In this document: one piece after another, positions 12,731 through 25,630 of the stretch
Layout of the letters: every line of letters starts with the position of its first letter
Position numbering within the stretch: position 1 is the stretch's first letter
From: Chiloscyllium plagiosum
Taxonomy: Eukaryota
Length of the DNA stretch: 64,000 nt
Direction of reading: 5' to 3'
NCBI RefSeq assembly: GCF_004010195.1
Contig: NW_025215113.1
Span: forward strand, 1-64,000
Position numbers and translations under genes: made by a program
The notes under the pieces: model-generated
What the model was told of the DNA's origin: nothing
The model's input: the letters and a program-made list of their open reading frames with translations, nothing else
Databases searched by the model: none

Positions 12731-13224
12731 CTTAAAATGCAGCCAGCTCAGTTTCCACCCTCAATAAATATCCACAGTCTACATCCTACCTGCAACAGGC
12801 CTGAGGAGGACAGAGAGCAGTGGATGGCTGGTGAAGATTGGGTAGCTTTGGCTGCCTACAAGATTGCATCTAAGTGGTGGTGAATGGGGTTTCGGGAGTG
12901 TCTCACTGTTGGCAAAGTCTTTTTGTGGGAATCAGAGGATCTCTGTAACTCCTCATAGTCTCACAAAGGGAAGTTTGACACTTACTCAAAGTCTGTCTTG
13001 GAATATAAGGAGACTTGCTTTTGCCTAGCAGGAAAGCAGTGGTATTTAAAATTGAACCAAAGTCCAAATCATAATATTCGGTCAATTTACAAATACTTAA
13101 GGCTTCTGCCTAGAGGTTAACAATGGATTGGACCTGAGTGGTTAATTAGCTTCATTGGTTTTAATTTATTGTTTCCACGTAGCAGGTAAAATGAAAATTA
13201 ACCTCAATAAATAAATACAATGAG

Positions 13225-13500
13225 TGTGTGGTGCTGCATCACATAGATCAGAAAATTTCCAGGTTAATTTATTGGTCTGTGCACAACTGACTACTTCAGC
13301 CAGACTAACAATAGAGATTCATAATTGATACAAGTGTCCTGCAGCTAGGAAGGGGACAAAGCAGTCAATTTTCTATTTCAGGTTATATGTAGCACTTTCT
13401 AAGACAGAAAGATCATGTGTGAAAATTTTATATGAGAATTTTAGATGATACCACCATCCAGCCCCCATTTAACTGCGCCCCCCACCCTTCAGTCAACAGG
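13225..13500 (+). mobile_element. Ancient SINE-like repeat, family D
   Basis: Weak similarity (ggtctgtgc...cagcc...aattg...gctagg.agggga) to 48270-48500 and 41270-41630. Confidence 0.4.
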
Positions 13501-15064
13501 ATTGACCAAGAGTTAATGGTTAATCTCTTTGAGACTCTTGTGAGAAACCTAGGGTAAACAAATCACTGGGGTCTTTAAAAATAAGCATGACTTTCCATTT
13601 TCTTTCAACACTTTTGAAGATTAATTGCACCAACTTTGAATTAGGGGGAAAATAGGCTGTTTTACTGGGTGGGGTGATTGAAGGTGAGAAGTCATTTTAT
13701 GACTATGCCAATCAAATAAGCCTCAAACACGCACTGTCTGGATTACACATGAATAATGTCCATTTGGGCATGGTACTGGAGGACTGCCAGTCCTCATGTA
13801 ACCATATCCTAGCATGAGTCAGCACCTCCAAGCCGAGAGGGAGAAACAAAAAGTACAATGTATTCTTACTTTTTTAAACAATGCTTGGTTTCCTTAGAAA
13901 AGTATTGTTTGAGCTAGTAGAATTGGTGTGTTTCAAAGATCACAGTGAGTCTGGATACTAAAATCCTGAGGTACTTCACATGCTGTTATTGGCAGGACCG
14001 CACGTTCTGAAAGCTGAGAATGGTCGTGTGGTGCTGAATGAGTTAATATGAGGGAATCACTTTGAAGGATTTTACAAAGGAAGTTCAACACAGTTGTGAA
14101 TAAAGAACGCTGCTGAGTTCTGCAGTACCAGTGTCATCATCTTCAATCGAATTCACTTGAAACACAGAAAGGACTGTGTGACAAGTATGAGGTAAGCAAA
14201 AGAGAATGTCGGGTAGGTCTGATGCACAGTATTCTGACTATAAAGACCAAAGCAAAAAAGAATGACTGTACTGTCTCTTTAATAATAAAATTAGGCAAGG
14301 TCTTCAAACAAGTGTACATTACATACAGCAGCATTTTACTGCAGAGGATGCACATGATTTAAACTAGTAGTTATGAGTGTTTGTAGTGCACCACAAAATT
14401 GATCTAATTATACCCTAAAATGAATGCAGAGAAATCTATACCTAAAACAAATCCAGCATAAAGCGGCCTTTGTAAAATAGTGCCCCTCTTTATTGTTCAA
14501 AAAAGAGAAAAACTTTGTCAGTACCCAAAAGACAATTCTTGCTAATAGTGGTAGAGAGACAAGAGGGATCCGTAAGCATATCACATGTCCTATTAAGGGA
14601 AACAAGGCTATTACAAGGGAGAACACAATTGACAGGGGAATAATGAAATGAAACTCACCCAGTTCAGCCATGTAAAGCAATACTCTTTTCAAGAGAAGCT
14701 TTGTATTTTCTCTCATCATCCATTCAATGTATTCCAAGTGTGCATACATTGGATATTTGAGTCGTGGAAATATTAGATATACATATTTAAACCTTCCCTC
14801 CCAAGGTACATCAGTGTGTTGTATAAATCAATTCCGTTTAAAAGGGACTCACTTCATGTTTTTTTTAATATTCACTGTGAAAACAATCCACAGTCTCACT
14901 TGTTCAACAGTCAAAGGTTGTTAAACCTCGGTACGCTTGGAAAGCGTCATTATACATTGGCTAAAGACAGAACATAACAAAATCTGGTCAAGTGCCAGGC
15001 CATAGTGAGGACTGTGTGATTGCTAAGCTACTAATTCTAACACAGGCCAATCAATGTGCTAAAC

Positions 15065-15290
15065 GAACAATGTCACAATAGGCTATTCCTTGTTGCCAAG
15101 CCAGGCCAGTGATGTCACTGGAAGCTATTTTCAGTTGCTATTTCATTATAAGGCATTTCTTGTTGCTATGTTTGTGATGTCACAATAGTCCATTTCTTGT
15201 TATCACATTAATGACATCACGTAAAGCTACTTCTTTTTGTACTTATATTAGTGAGCTCACAATATCCCTTGTTGTAGTCATTGATAACAA
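15065..15290. repeat. Degenerate ~40-bp minisatellite
   Basis: Recurrent tgatgtcacaataggctatttcttgttgcta-like unit, about 5-6 copies. Confidence 0.7.
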
Positions 15291-16223
15291 AATAAGACAT
15301 TTATTCAGACTATTAATATCGCCATAGGCTGACATTTATGAGTAAGGCAAAGATCTTTCTTCTTATGGAAAAATGCACAGCTACAGCGTCATTTTAAGGG
15401 AAGCTAATGGCAAACACCACATTATCCGGTATTACCATGGCCTATGTCTAACCAATATTGCAACACTTTAAAATAAATTTCATCCTAGTACAGTTGCAAA
15501 ATGGGCAGTACAGACTGCTGATGCACACAACATGATTTGTCTTACCAATGAAAAGAAATATCAGATGGGATGCATCAGTAGCTGGCAAATTCGTTATTTT
15601 ATGCATCCACCAAGGTAAAATTTTTCTCAATATGTTTTTAATGTTTAAAAAGTATTAAAATTGTCACGAAAGATAGGTCATTGGCAATACATGTGCACAA
15701 TTTATGAGAATGTCATAAATGCAGAATTTCTTTGTAAACAACTATTAAGGTACTTTGCAAGGATTTATCTCGTTCCCATCTCTTTATGTGAAATCTCTTC
15801 TGACACACACACAGATATACACCTTTAATTCAAGATTCAAACTTACAGCTTAAGGAAAACTTCAGCCTTTAGCACTTGGACAGAAACTGGTAGAGTGAAC
15901 ATTTGCTTGTTATAGAATCCATTCTCATTTATTTCCACTAAAATTAATTAAAATAAAATTGAAAAGAGATTCCCTAAGTGTTTAGTGTTCCTTTCTGTCA
16001 GTTTAATGTTCAATGATAATGAAGAGGATACTCAGTTTTAATTTGTGTCTGTGATTCCTTGGGGGTCAATGTTGTGGGAAGAGGGGCAATACCAGTCACA
16101 GCTGTACCAGTGTAATTAAAATCCCTACCTACAAATGGTTATAGGGAGATCAAAGCTGGGAACTAAGTGTGAGAGGTAATTTCGATTTAAACTTTAAGAT
16201 GTGCCTGGACCACAGACTGATCT

Positions 16224-16521
16224 ATAATTCAGATAAATGCGAGGTGCTGCATTTTGGGAAAGCAAATCTTAGCAGGACTTATACACTTAATGGTAAAGTC
16301 CTAGGGTAAAAGTAGGAGACAGAAGGTGCTGGTGAAGAGTTATTTTACAGATTGAGACCTGTGACCAGCAGTATGCCGCAAGTCTCTAAATGCTTGCAAG
16401 AGCTGGGGGAGATACTAAATGAGTATTTTGCATCAGTGTTTACTGTGGTGAAGGACATGGAAGATAGAGAACTTGGGGAATTAAATAGCGACATTTTGAA
16501 AAATATCCATGTTACAGAGAA
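16224..16521 (+). mobile_element. Patchwork of three CR1 ORF2 fragments inside the older CR1
   Basis: DKCEVLHFGK (16224-16306), RPVTSSMPQ (16312-16382) and GEILNEYFASVFT (16400-16521). Confidence 0.75.
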
Positions 16522-16685
16522 GTCTTCAGGGGTATGTGAGGTAAGGAAAAGGTGGCGAGATAGCTTGATCATATAGGATGGAGTAAGTATGATAATAATA
16601 AATGATCTTCGATCAGAATCCAAAGGCATGCAAGTGTGAAATAGCAAAGGAAAAAAGACACCTGTGGGAGTAAACTATAGGCCCC

Positions 16686-16868
16686 ATTTTTATTCAGTCA
16701 CGGGATAAGTCATTGGCTAGACCAGCATTTATTGCTGATACTTAATTGCCCAGAGTGTAGTTAAGTGTCAAGCATATTGCTGTGGGCCTGGAGTCACATG
16801 CAAGCCAGACCAGATAAGGATGGCAGTTTCCTTACCCAAAAGACATTACTGAACCAAATGGGGTTTTC
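16686..16868 (-). mobile_element. SINE family B, 3' half
   Basis: ccagcatttattgc...ggagtcacatgcaagccagaccagataaggatggcagtttcc. Confidence 0.85.
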
Positions 16869-17440
16869 AGTAGCTATGTTATAAGACAGTGGATAAATCA
16901 TCAATTTATAAATCATGGGTGACTTTAATCTTCATGCAGATTGGGAAAGTCACAACAAAGAATTCCTAGAGTGTACTTTCGACAGTTCCCTCGAACAATA
17001 TATCCCAGATCTAACTGGGATCAAGGTTTTTTAGATCCAGTAAATGTAAACGTAAGTCCCAGCATGAAAGATTCCTTCGGAAACAGTAATGAAAACATGG
17101 TGGAAGTTAGCATTCAGTTTGAGAGTGAAAAACTTGGGCCAGAAACAATGTGCTAAACTTAAATACAGATTATTAGAAAGGAATGAGGGCAGAGTTGGCT
17201 AGAGTGAAATGGGAAAAGTATTTAATAGCAAAGATAGTTAAGAAACAATGGCAGACTTCTAAGAAAATAATTTGGGACTCACAAGAAAGGTTTATCCCAG
17301 TGAGGAAGAAGGATTCTAGAAGTAAATAAGCCCCATGGCTGAAGAGGGGAATTAAGAATAATATTAAATTAAAAGAAAAATATACAATGTGACAAAGGTC
17401 AGTGGTATGCCAGAGGATGGGAAAGCTCTACAAGCCATCA

Positions 17441-17760
17441 GGTGGCATGGTGGCTCAGTGGTTAGCACTGCTGCCTCACAGCACCAGGGACCCGGGTTTG
17501 ATTCCTGCCTCAGGCAACTGTGTAGAGTTTGCACATTCTCCTTGTGTGTCTGCGTGGGATTCTTCTGGGTGCTCTGGTTTCCTCCCACAATCCAAAGATG
17601 AATTTAGCTGAATTGGCCATGCTAAATTGCCCATAGTGTTAGGCGCATTAGTCAGGGGTAAATATAGAGTGATGGAATGGGTCTGGGTGGGTTACTGTTT
17701 AGAGGGTTGTGTGGACTTGTTCGGCCAAAGGGCCTGTTTCCATCCTGTATGGAATTTAAT
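17441..17760 (+). mobile_element. HE1-type V-SINE
   Basis: ggtggcatggtggctcagtggttagcactgctgcctcacagc head, V-domain and HER1-like tail. Confidence 0.92.
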
Positions 17761-17968
17761 AATTTTAAAATTAAAAATGAGAAAATAAACATTGAGAATA
17801 AACTCAGAAGTAATTTAAAGACAGACAACAACATTCTTTAAATGCACAAAAGGGAAGAGATGCCAAAGTGAACATAGGCCCTTTAGAAATTGAAGCTAGG
17901 GAAATAATAATGGGGAAACAGAAAATGGCAGAAGAAGTGAATAAATACTTTGCATTAGTCTTTATGGT

Positions 17969-18130
17969 CAGAAGTCACATGACACCAGGTTATAGTCCAA
18001 CAGGTTATTTTGAAATCACAATCTTTCATAGCACTGCCCCTTTACCATGTGGCACCTGCACATGCCCATATAATGAAGGGGCAGTGCGATGAAAGCTTGT
18101 GATTTTAAGTAAACCTGTTGGCTACCTATA
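17969..18130. mobile_element. Palindromic Penelope-like terminal-repeat fragment (second family)
   Basis: Imperfect 46-bp inverted arms at 17997-18042 and 18076-18121; decayed hammerhead-like GAAAGCTT. Confidence 0.65.
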
Positions 18131-18399
18131 ATAGAGGACATTAATATGGAATTCATAAGTTACTAAGTTGTGGAAAATGTACTAGAAAAGCTAGTGGGCT
18201 GAAAACAATAAGCCCCCTGGACCTGATGAGATGCATCCTATGATATTAAAAGAAATAGCTACAGAAATAGTGGATGCACTGGTAGTAATCTTCGAATCAT
18301 CTTCAGATTTTGGAAACGTCCTGGAGGATTGGAAAATTGCCAATGTAATACCCTATTCAAAAAGGGGAGGAGACAATAAAACAAGTAACTATTGGCTAT

Positions 18400-18497
18400 A
18401 AAAACAGACTTTGCTGGAAAAGTTCAGCAGGTCTGGCAGCATCGCTGGAGAGAAATTAGAGTTAACGTTTCGGGTCAGGTGACCCTTCCTTCAAACT
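18400..18497 (-). mobile_element. Penelope-like terminal-repeat fragment with decayed hammerhead
   Basis: Minus strand AGUU-UGAAGGAA-GGGUCACCUGACCC-GAAACGUU-AACU; helices intact, core altered. Confidence 0.75.
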
Positions 18498-20047
18498 GTC
18501 GGTCAATTAATTTAAAATTTGTCACCAGAAATAGGTTAGTGTCTATTATGAAGGATATAATAGAAGAGTATTTAGAAATGCATATATGATCTAGCAGAGT
18601 CAGTATGGCTTCATAAAATGGAAAACATGCCTGATAAATTTATGAGAATTCTTTGAGGAAGTTAGAAGCAGGATAGATAATGCTATTTAATAAGATAAAG
18701 CCTACGGTGTAAGTAGTGTTTTCGTAACATGGACTGAGGATTGGCTAGTAACCATCAGAGAGTTGGGATAAGGGGTGCACTTTCAGGATGGCAACATGTA
18801 ATTAATGAAGTGTGACAGGACATCTTTGAAAAGAATGCAATTATTTACAAAATATTATTGCCTTGGATGAAGGAAGTGATGTCTTACAATCAGATTTGTG
18901 AATGACACAAAAACAGTTGGGAAGGTAAGTGGTGAGGATGAGACAAAGAGTCTGCAAACAGGTTAAGTGAATGGCAGATGGAATATAATGTGGGAAAATG
19001 TGAAATTGTGTAATTTGGCAGGAGGAATAGAATAGCTGAATATTATTTAAATGTATAAAACTGTAGAATGCTACAGCACAGAAGGATTTGGGAGTATCTA
19101 TGTTCAAATCATAAAAGAAGCTAGATTACATGTTCATTGGGTAAAAGTGAAGGCAAATAGATTGTTGGCCTTATTTCAATAGGAATGAAGTATAAAAATA
19201 AGGAGGTCCTCCTAAAACTGTACAAGGCACTAATTAGGCCACTCCTGAAATACTGTGAACAGTTTTGGCCCCTTTATCTGATGAAAATATACTGGCATTG
19301 GAGGCTTCCCCAAAAGAGCTTAATCACTTGATCCTGGGTATAAAGGGATTTTCTTATGAGGAAACATTGAGTAGGTTAGGCCTTGTCCCATTGGAGTTTA
19401 GCAGAAAGAGAGGCAACCATATTGAAATATATAAGAATCACAGGGGTCTTGACAGGGTAGATGCTGAGAGGCTGTTTCACCTTGTGTAAGAGTCTCAGGT
19501 CAAAGGCATAATTGTAGAGTAAGGAATCACCCAATTAGGACAGAATTGAGGAGGAATTTCTTCTTTTAGAGTGAATAGTGAAATTCTTTAGTGCAGAGAA
19601 CTGTAGAGACATGTCATAAATATATACAATGCCGAAACAGACAGATTTTTAATCAGTAAGGGAATCAATAGTTATGGGAAAAGCTAGGAAAGTGGAATTG
19701 AGGGTCATCAGATCAGCCATTATTTCATTGAATGGTGGAGCAGATTTGATGGCTCGAATGATCTACCTCTGCGATGACATTTTATGGTCAAACTTCCACA
19801 TATGCAGAGACACTACATTTTCCACTTAATCTTTAACCTCATATCTTTACCACATTATCATACACTGAACATCATGGGCCAATTTTGATGTGAGCATCTG
19901 GAAACCAACATTGGGATCATTTTCAGGCCCTAATGGCATGCTTTTCAGTAACATACCCACCAGCTTAATTTTACTGGCACTGCTTTTGCTGCAGAATTAG
20001 GGACTGTAGGTGGGAATTTGCAGCTTTTATTGTGATTAAGACTGGGC

Positions 20048-20252
20048 TAAAAGTCACCATAGTCTCACTCTCTCATCAGAGAGACAGCAAGGTTCTGATG
20101 ATGAGTTTAACTTGATAGTCAAAATGGGTGAGGCAAGGGGTGAGGCTGAGAAGGCAGAACCTTCATGGTGACCTCAGTTGGTACAGGACGTAAACTCTGC
20201 TGTTGGCATCAGTTTGCATCACGAGCCAGCCATCCAGCCAACTGAGCTAACT
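20048..20252 (-). mobile_element. SINE family C
   Basis: Ends cagccatccagccaactgagctaact; similar to the copies at 39664 and 46374. Confidence 0.75.
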
Positions 20253-20737
20253 AAGAACACAGCGGGAGAACAGCACCAGTGAATGGAATGAAAGATAGAT
20301 CACAACAAAGAGAAAGAGATCATCATTTAATTCACAATACTCAGCAGTAACAGGCTGTAATGACAGACCTCTGCTCTTACGCTTGACTACAAGTTCCCAG
20401 TTGTCTTCTGATTATTTATGGAATAATGCAAAAACAGTGTCCTCCTGCTGTGCATTCACTTACTCAGAGTGAACATTGCATGAGTCCAGTCTTGCAGGGA
20501 AAACTGGAATTGGGTCAAAGGATCCAGCCTAATTATCTCCTTAGATTGACTCTCAGCCAATGTTGGGCATTCAGAGATCACAGGTACAACACATAACCCA
20601 CCTCTCCCTACCAGTAAAATTGACAGAGGCAGGGACTCATCAGGTAGCCAGTCTGACATACTTTACTGTCGCCTCTCCAACCACCTATTCAATCACATAT
20701 GCATGGCCAGCTACCCTTCATAGGCATGCAGATATAA

Positions 20738-20970
20738 TCTTATAAGGAGAGGTTGAGTAGATTAGGACTGTATTCATTGAAATTTAAAAGAATGAGAGAC
20801 AACCTTATTGAAACATAGATGGTTCTTCAGTGTTTTGATGGGGTAGATGCAAAGATGTTGCTTCCCCTCTTGGGACAATCTAAGACTAGAAGACCTAACC
20901 TCAGAGTAAGAGGTTATCCAGTTTGGCTTGATAGGCTGAATGACCTAATCCTGTTCCCATGTTTCTATTA
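20738..20970 (+). mobile_element. CR1 3' fragment, internally deleted
   Basis: YKERLSRLGLYSLKFKRMRDNLIET followed by a CR1-type tail. Confidence 0.85.
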
Positions 20971-20999
20971 ACATTATTATTCTATACAGAGTAGGAATT

Positions 21000-21285
21000 C
21001 AAGAATTGCTGATTGATCAAACGGAGTCAATCTGCCTGGTTTAAAATTTAAACAAGTCCTAGCTGTTAACTGTCAATCAGCATGAATGGGTACTTTATGG
21101 AAACACTGTAGCAATCAGAGTCCACTTGTCAACAGCACTCTCCTCACATGCAGTAAAAAGTTTAGTTTACTTTTAAATTTGTAATTGTGCAAAATGCTCT
21201 GACGATTGAGTGCAGGATGAAAAACTTTAAAAATAGTCTTTTTTCAACAATTCTCAAGTTCTGTATTGCCAAATGACTATTTGTA
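21000..21285 (+). mobile_element. Probable old Penelope-like terminal repeat
   Basis: Recalled shark repeat pattern (caatcagagtccacttgtcaac...ctgacga...gaaaaacttt...ctcaagttctgta). Confidence 0.4.
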
Positions 21286-22679
21286 TAATAAGAAGAATTG
21301 GCCATTTCAAATTGCATTTAATTTCCAATACCCCAATGACTAGTAATGAGATTGTTTTCCGGTCTACATAAGGAACAAACTACTGTTTGTATTAGCATTG
21401 TGCTTTTGCCAGAACTTAGAAAAGGATTAATCATTTTTCTGTGTAATTTTTGAGACTGCAAAAGACAAAGCAATCATAGATTATATGACTAAATTCTACC
21501 AGATATATTCAGACCCATTCCTTTGTAAAATCTCCAATTGCAAAGCCGTAAAACAAAACAAAAATACAAGATTCAAAGCATCGTGAACTGGTTTGAACAA
21601 GGCTACCCCATTTTCAAATAACTTCAATAGTGTGGGTTTACATTTTGCAAGCCATCCAACTTCATGTTACATATATTGCATTCGTCAGTGAAACAGTTAA
21701 ATCTTTGCCCGCCTCCTTTCAAACAAAGTAAAACATGTCATTTTTCACAAGGCAGCTCCTATTTCTATAATGCCCTTCATTGTCAGCCTCTTGTCTAGAG
21801 AAACATTTATGTTCCTGTTCAAGAAAACAAACGCCTATTTCTTCCTCCCTCATTTTTATGCCATTTACATTGGGCGCTCACTGCCTCACCTCCTCTACCC
21901 TCTGTTCTCTCTAAACAGCACAAGCAACTCCAGCTGGGCAACATGCACAGCCAGGTAACTCCAGTGTTCCCAGGATTTTTCCACTGCAGTCTTGAATCGT
22001 ACTTGGCGAACCGAGATTGTGGAGGTTCAGATGAGAACTCAAAACCCACAAAAAGGATGTGGTTAGAATGCACTTCTTTCCCCACATCTTTTCTGCCTGC
22101 CGTTCATAAATTAGCACTCCAGCTCCTCAAGTGATTTGGTCTGTGCATAGCGCTAATCTGAATTTTCTTTCAGTTTAACAGAGGAACTACTAATAATGCA
22201 CCATGATTCTCCAAACCAGCTTCTTCGTAACACAAGCGACAATTTTACAAACCACAATTGCAACATTAAAGCCACTGGGAATCTTCTACCACTCATAGCT
22301 CACAAAGTCTTAGATCTGCATTCATTTTGGTGCGTGAAAGATTCAAAGTTAGAAACTTTTTATATTTATGATTCATATTTTCAAATGAAAATGTTGTTCA
22401 TATTTTCTCAATTACAAAATTGCCTTGCCGCAATTGTACAGTAGTGTCATATATTACTAATTTTCTCCCATCTTAGCCGAAAGTGTACATACTAAGTGAG
22501 ATATCTTCCATAGGTGCCAGTTGCTCTCTGGTCTCCAGCTTCCAGTGTGATGGCTGTAATTAACTGTGACTTTTGACAGTGAGCAGTGGCAAGCTACATA
22601 AGGGGAGATACACAGTCACTTAACCCTCTTCCTAGCTAACAACTGAAATTATGCACTCCCCAGCAGGGGTCACTAATTA

Positions 22680-23275
22680 GCAAAAACAAAATACTGAGGA
22701 TACTGGAAATCTGAAATAAAATCAGGAAGTGCTCAGCAAGCCTGGCTGTATCTGTAGAGAGAGTAACAGAATTAAAGTTTGGAGTCCAATATGATTGGTC
22801 TTTGGAACTGAAGAGGAGGAAAAGTGATGGACTTCTGTGATATAGAAAAGGTGGTGAGGAGCAAGTGGAACATGGAAGGTTTGAGGCTAAGGGAGATCAG
22901 ATATTACAGCTGTCACATAACAAAAGGTGGTACTGGTTGTAGAAAAGAGAAATATGCCCAGATGTTAATGGTATTAAAAGCAGAGTGTAAGTCATCTCTG
23001 CTGCAAACAAAAGTATAAAAAAAGACACTGTTGGGGAGTGGTGAAGAGGGAATGAGATGGAGGACAGAGTCCATTGTCTGAAGTGTTGAACTCAATGTTG
23101 TGACCAGAAGGCTGTAAAGTGCCGAAACAGAGTGAGGTGCTGTCCTGCCAACTTGCATTGGGCTTTACTGGAACACTACAGCAGATGTAGGACAGAAATG
23201 TGAGCATTAGAGCAAAATGATGTATTAAAATGGCAAGCAATTAGAATGCCAGGGTCTCCCTTGTGGACTGGGTGA
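22680..23275 (-). mobile_element. Penelope-like element 3' part: GIY-YIG C-terminus plus terminal repeat
   Basis: Minus ORF contains FGTLQPSGHNIEFN, the PLE endonuclease C-terminal motif, adjoining the terminal-repeat motif. Confidence 0.8.
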
Positions 23276-23424
23276 ATGGCTTGAAACTAGGTAGCAAATG
23301 GGGAGTGGTAACTTTGGTTCATTTCTTTCCCTCCCAGCCAAAGCCACAAAGCTGGATTATTGCTGAAATCAGAATGAAATAGGCAGGAAAATTGTTTCTG
23401 GTCCATTTGAGTCTCATCTTGATT

Positions 23425-23645
23425 TGACCAGCAACAGTCTTGTCTCTGAGAAGATTATAGACTCAAACCTCACTTCTGGTAATGGAACACATAAACTAGG
23501 CTGTGCAGGTCTGTGGGAATGTTGTATTGTTAAGTTTCCAATCCTTGAATGAGATGCTAAATGAAGGCTCTCTTATTCAGTTGCACTGTGAATTGCATTG
23601 CGTTATCCTCAGTGGCACGACCTGGTGCTATGTAAATGCAATTCC
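23425..23645 (+). mobile_element. Internally deleted Deu-type SINE
   Basis: Head, gatgagatgctaaatgaaggc-like core (gaatgagatgctaaatgaaggc) and tail gtgctatgtaaatgcaa. Confidence 0.5.
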
Positions 23646-24254
23646 GTAGCCCATCAATACAGTTCATTATTTTATTTTTCTTTTATAAGCTTGAAGTGAA
23701 TAATAATGCGAATGCACAAGTATTTGCAAGCAATAGCAATTCTCCACCTCAGAGAGTTAGGGCCTTTGCAGACATTTGACTTAATGTTGAATTTGAACTT
23801 CCTCCAATTTAGTGCACCTGATACCAAAATGTATACAACAATAAGCAAATCTCTCTCCCTGTGGCCTAGTCAGGTAGATGCACAGTCTGATGTGATATAA
23901 AGTTATACAGATCACGAAATTGACATCAGACTCTATTATGATGCTAATTTTCTTTCTATTCTCCTTTCTGGTCAAAGGCTGTCTAACAAGTCCATATTGC
24001 ACATACTGGGCTTTCGATCAGGCTTCTCTCATTCTGACTTTCAATCTCCAATTAAAGAAACCAAAGCAATGCGTTCTGGATACATGGACCTCCCAAAACG
24101 TAAAGTATAATGAAATGAGCTCCATTTAAAATAAAGTTTTTTCTTTTACAGTGGATAGTTTTCAAAATCTGACGTTGGGTTTGTTTTGTTCTAAACAAGG
24201 CTCTCCATCTCTAATCTCCAAAGGTCATTGTCCACTCCTCCATGTTTAGAATAT

Positions 24255-25155
24255 TAAGCAGCTTCATCAATGACCTTTCCTCCGTCTTGAGGTCAGAAGT
24301 GGAGATGCTCACCAATGATTGCGCAATATTTAGTACCATTTGCAACTCCTCAGATACTGAAGCAGTCCATGTCCAAGTGCGACAAAGTCTGAACAATACC
24401 GAGGCTTGGGTTGACAAGTGCCAAGAAATTTTCACACCACACTGGTGCCAGGCAATAACCACCTCCAATAAGAGACAATTTAACGACCAATCCTTGACTT
24501 TCAATGGTGTTACCATCACTGAATCCCCCACTATCAACATTACCCTCAACCAGAAACTCAACTGGATTCACCACATAAACACAGAGGCTACAAGAACAGG
24601 TCAGAAGCTAGGAATACTGTGGCAACTAACTCACTGCCTGACTCCCCAAATCCTGTCCACCATCTATAAGTAAGGAATGTCAAGTCAGAATACGCCCCAC
24701 CTTTCTGGATGAGTGCAACTCCAAAAAATGAAAGTTTAACACTATCCAGGACAAAGCAACATGCTTCATTGGCACCATATCCACAAGATTCCCCTCCCTC
24801 CACCACTGACGCTCAGTAGCAACAGTGTGTTCTACCTACGTGATGCACTACAGATCCTTGGACAACACCTTCCAAACCCACGACCACATCAATCTAGAAG
24901 GACAAGGGCAGTATCTGTAAGTTCCCCTCCAAGCCTCTCATTATCGTGACTTGGAAAAATATCACCCTTCCTTCACCGTTGTTGGATAAAACACCTGCAA
25001 TTCACTTCCAAAGGGCATTGCATGTCAACCTACAAGATGTGGATTGCAGCAGTTCAAGAGACAGCTCATCACCACTTTCTCAAGGGCAACTATGGACGGG
25101 TAATAAATGCTAGCGAGCCAGCAACGCTCACCTGCTGCAAGTAAATGAAAAAAAT
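24255..25155 (+). mobile_element. 5'-truncated CR1/L2-group LINE
   Basis: ORF 24242-24673 reads SFINDLSS...EMLTNDCAIF (decayed FADD)...AWVDK; A-rich tail. Confidence 0.88.
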
Positions 25156-25534
25156 TTAAAATCCCATCATGTGCACTCTGCCATCAGCAACAGAGCTTTC
25201 AACACATACTCCACAAATGAAACTGACGTGGATTATTGTATGTGTATCTTGTCTTTAAAAGAGTTCACATTTAAGGATTCCATGTGCTGTGGTATTGTAA
25301 CTCTGCCTGACAGCTAGTCAGTGTGTGCCTGCAAGTTGGCACACTCAGAAGTCAGTTAGTTTGCTCAAAACATTACTTCATAACAACCACAGAGTTAATT
25401 AATTTCTGACAAGTGGTAGATGATTAGACTATTATCATTGACATAACATGGTATAGAACAATGGAAAACATCATGCTGATGAAACTTACCATGTGTGAAC
25501 AGACAGCAAGAAAGTTAATCTACAGGTAGAGCAG

Positions 25535-25630
25535 ATACAAAATGTGTGGCGCTGGAAAAGCAAAGCAGGTCAGGCAGCATCTGAGGAGCAGGAGAGTCGT
25601 CGTTTCAGGCATAAGCCCTTCATCAGGAAT
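25535..25630 (-). mobile_element. Penelope-like terminal-repeat fragment with hammerhead motif (mutated cleavage triplet)
   Basis: Minus strand AUUC-CUGAUGA-AGGGCUUAUGCCU-GAAACGAC-GACU; same family as 37988-38175. Confidence 0.8.

Larger units (their letters stand above)
16130..19790 (+). mobile_element. Long decayed CR1 LINE (endonuclease, RT and 3' UTR) with nested insertions
   Basis: Remnant motifs in order: GDQSWEL/QGY, VGVNYRP, MGDFNLH, EEVNKYFALVF, PPGPDEMHP, LEDWKIANVIPLFKKG, SYEETLSRLGL, then 3' UTR; many stops and frameshifts. Confidence 0.9.

Noticed and set aside
25595..25630. Active hammerhead
   Set aside because: GAAACGAC has lost the essential U of the NUH triplet and the ACGU palindrome.
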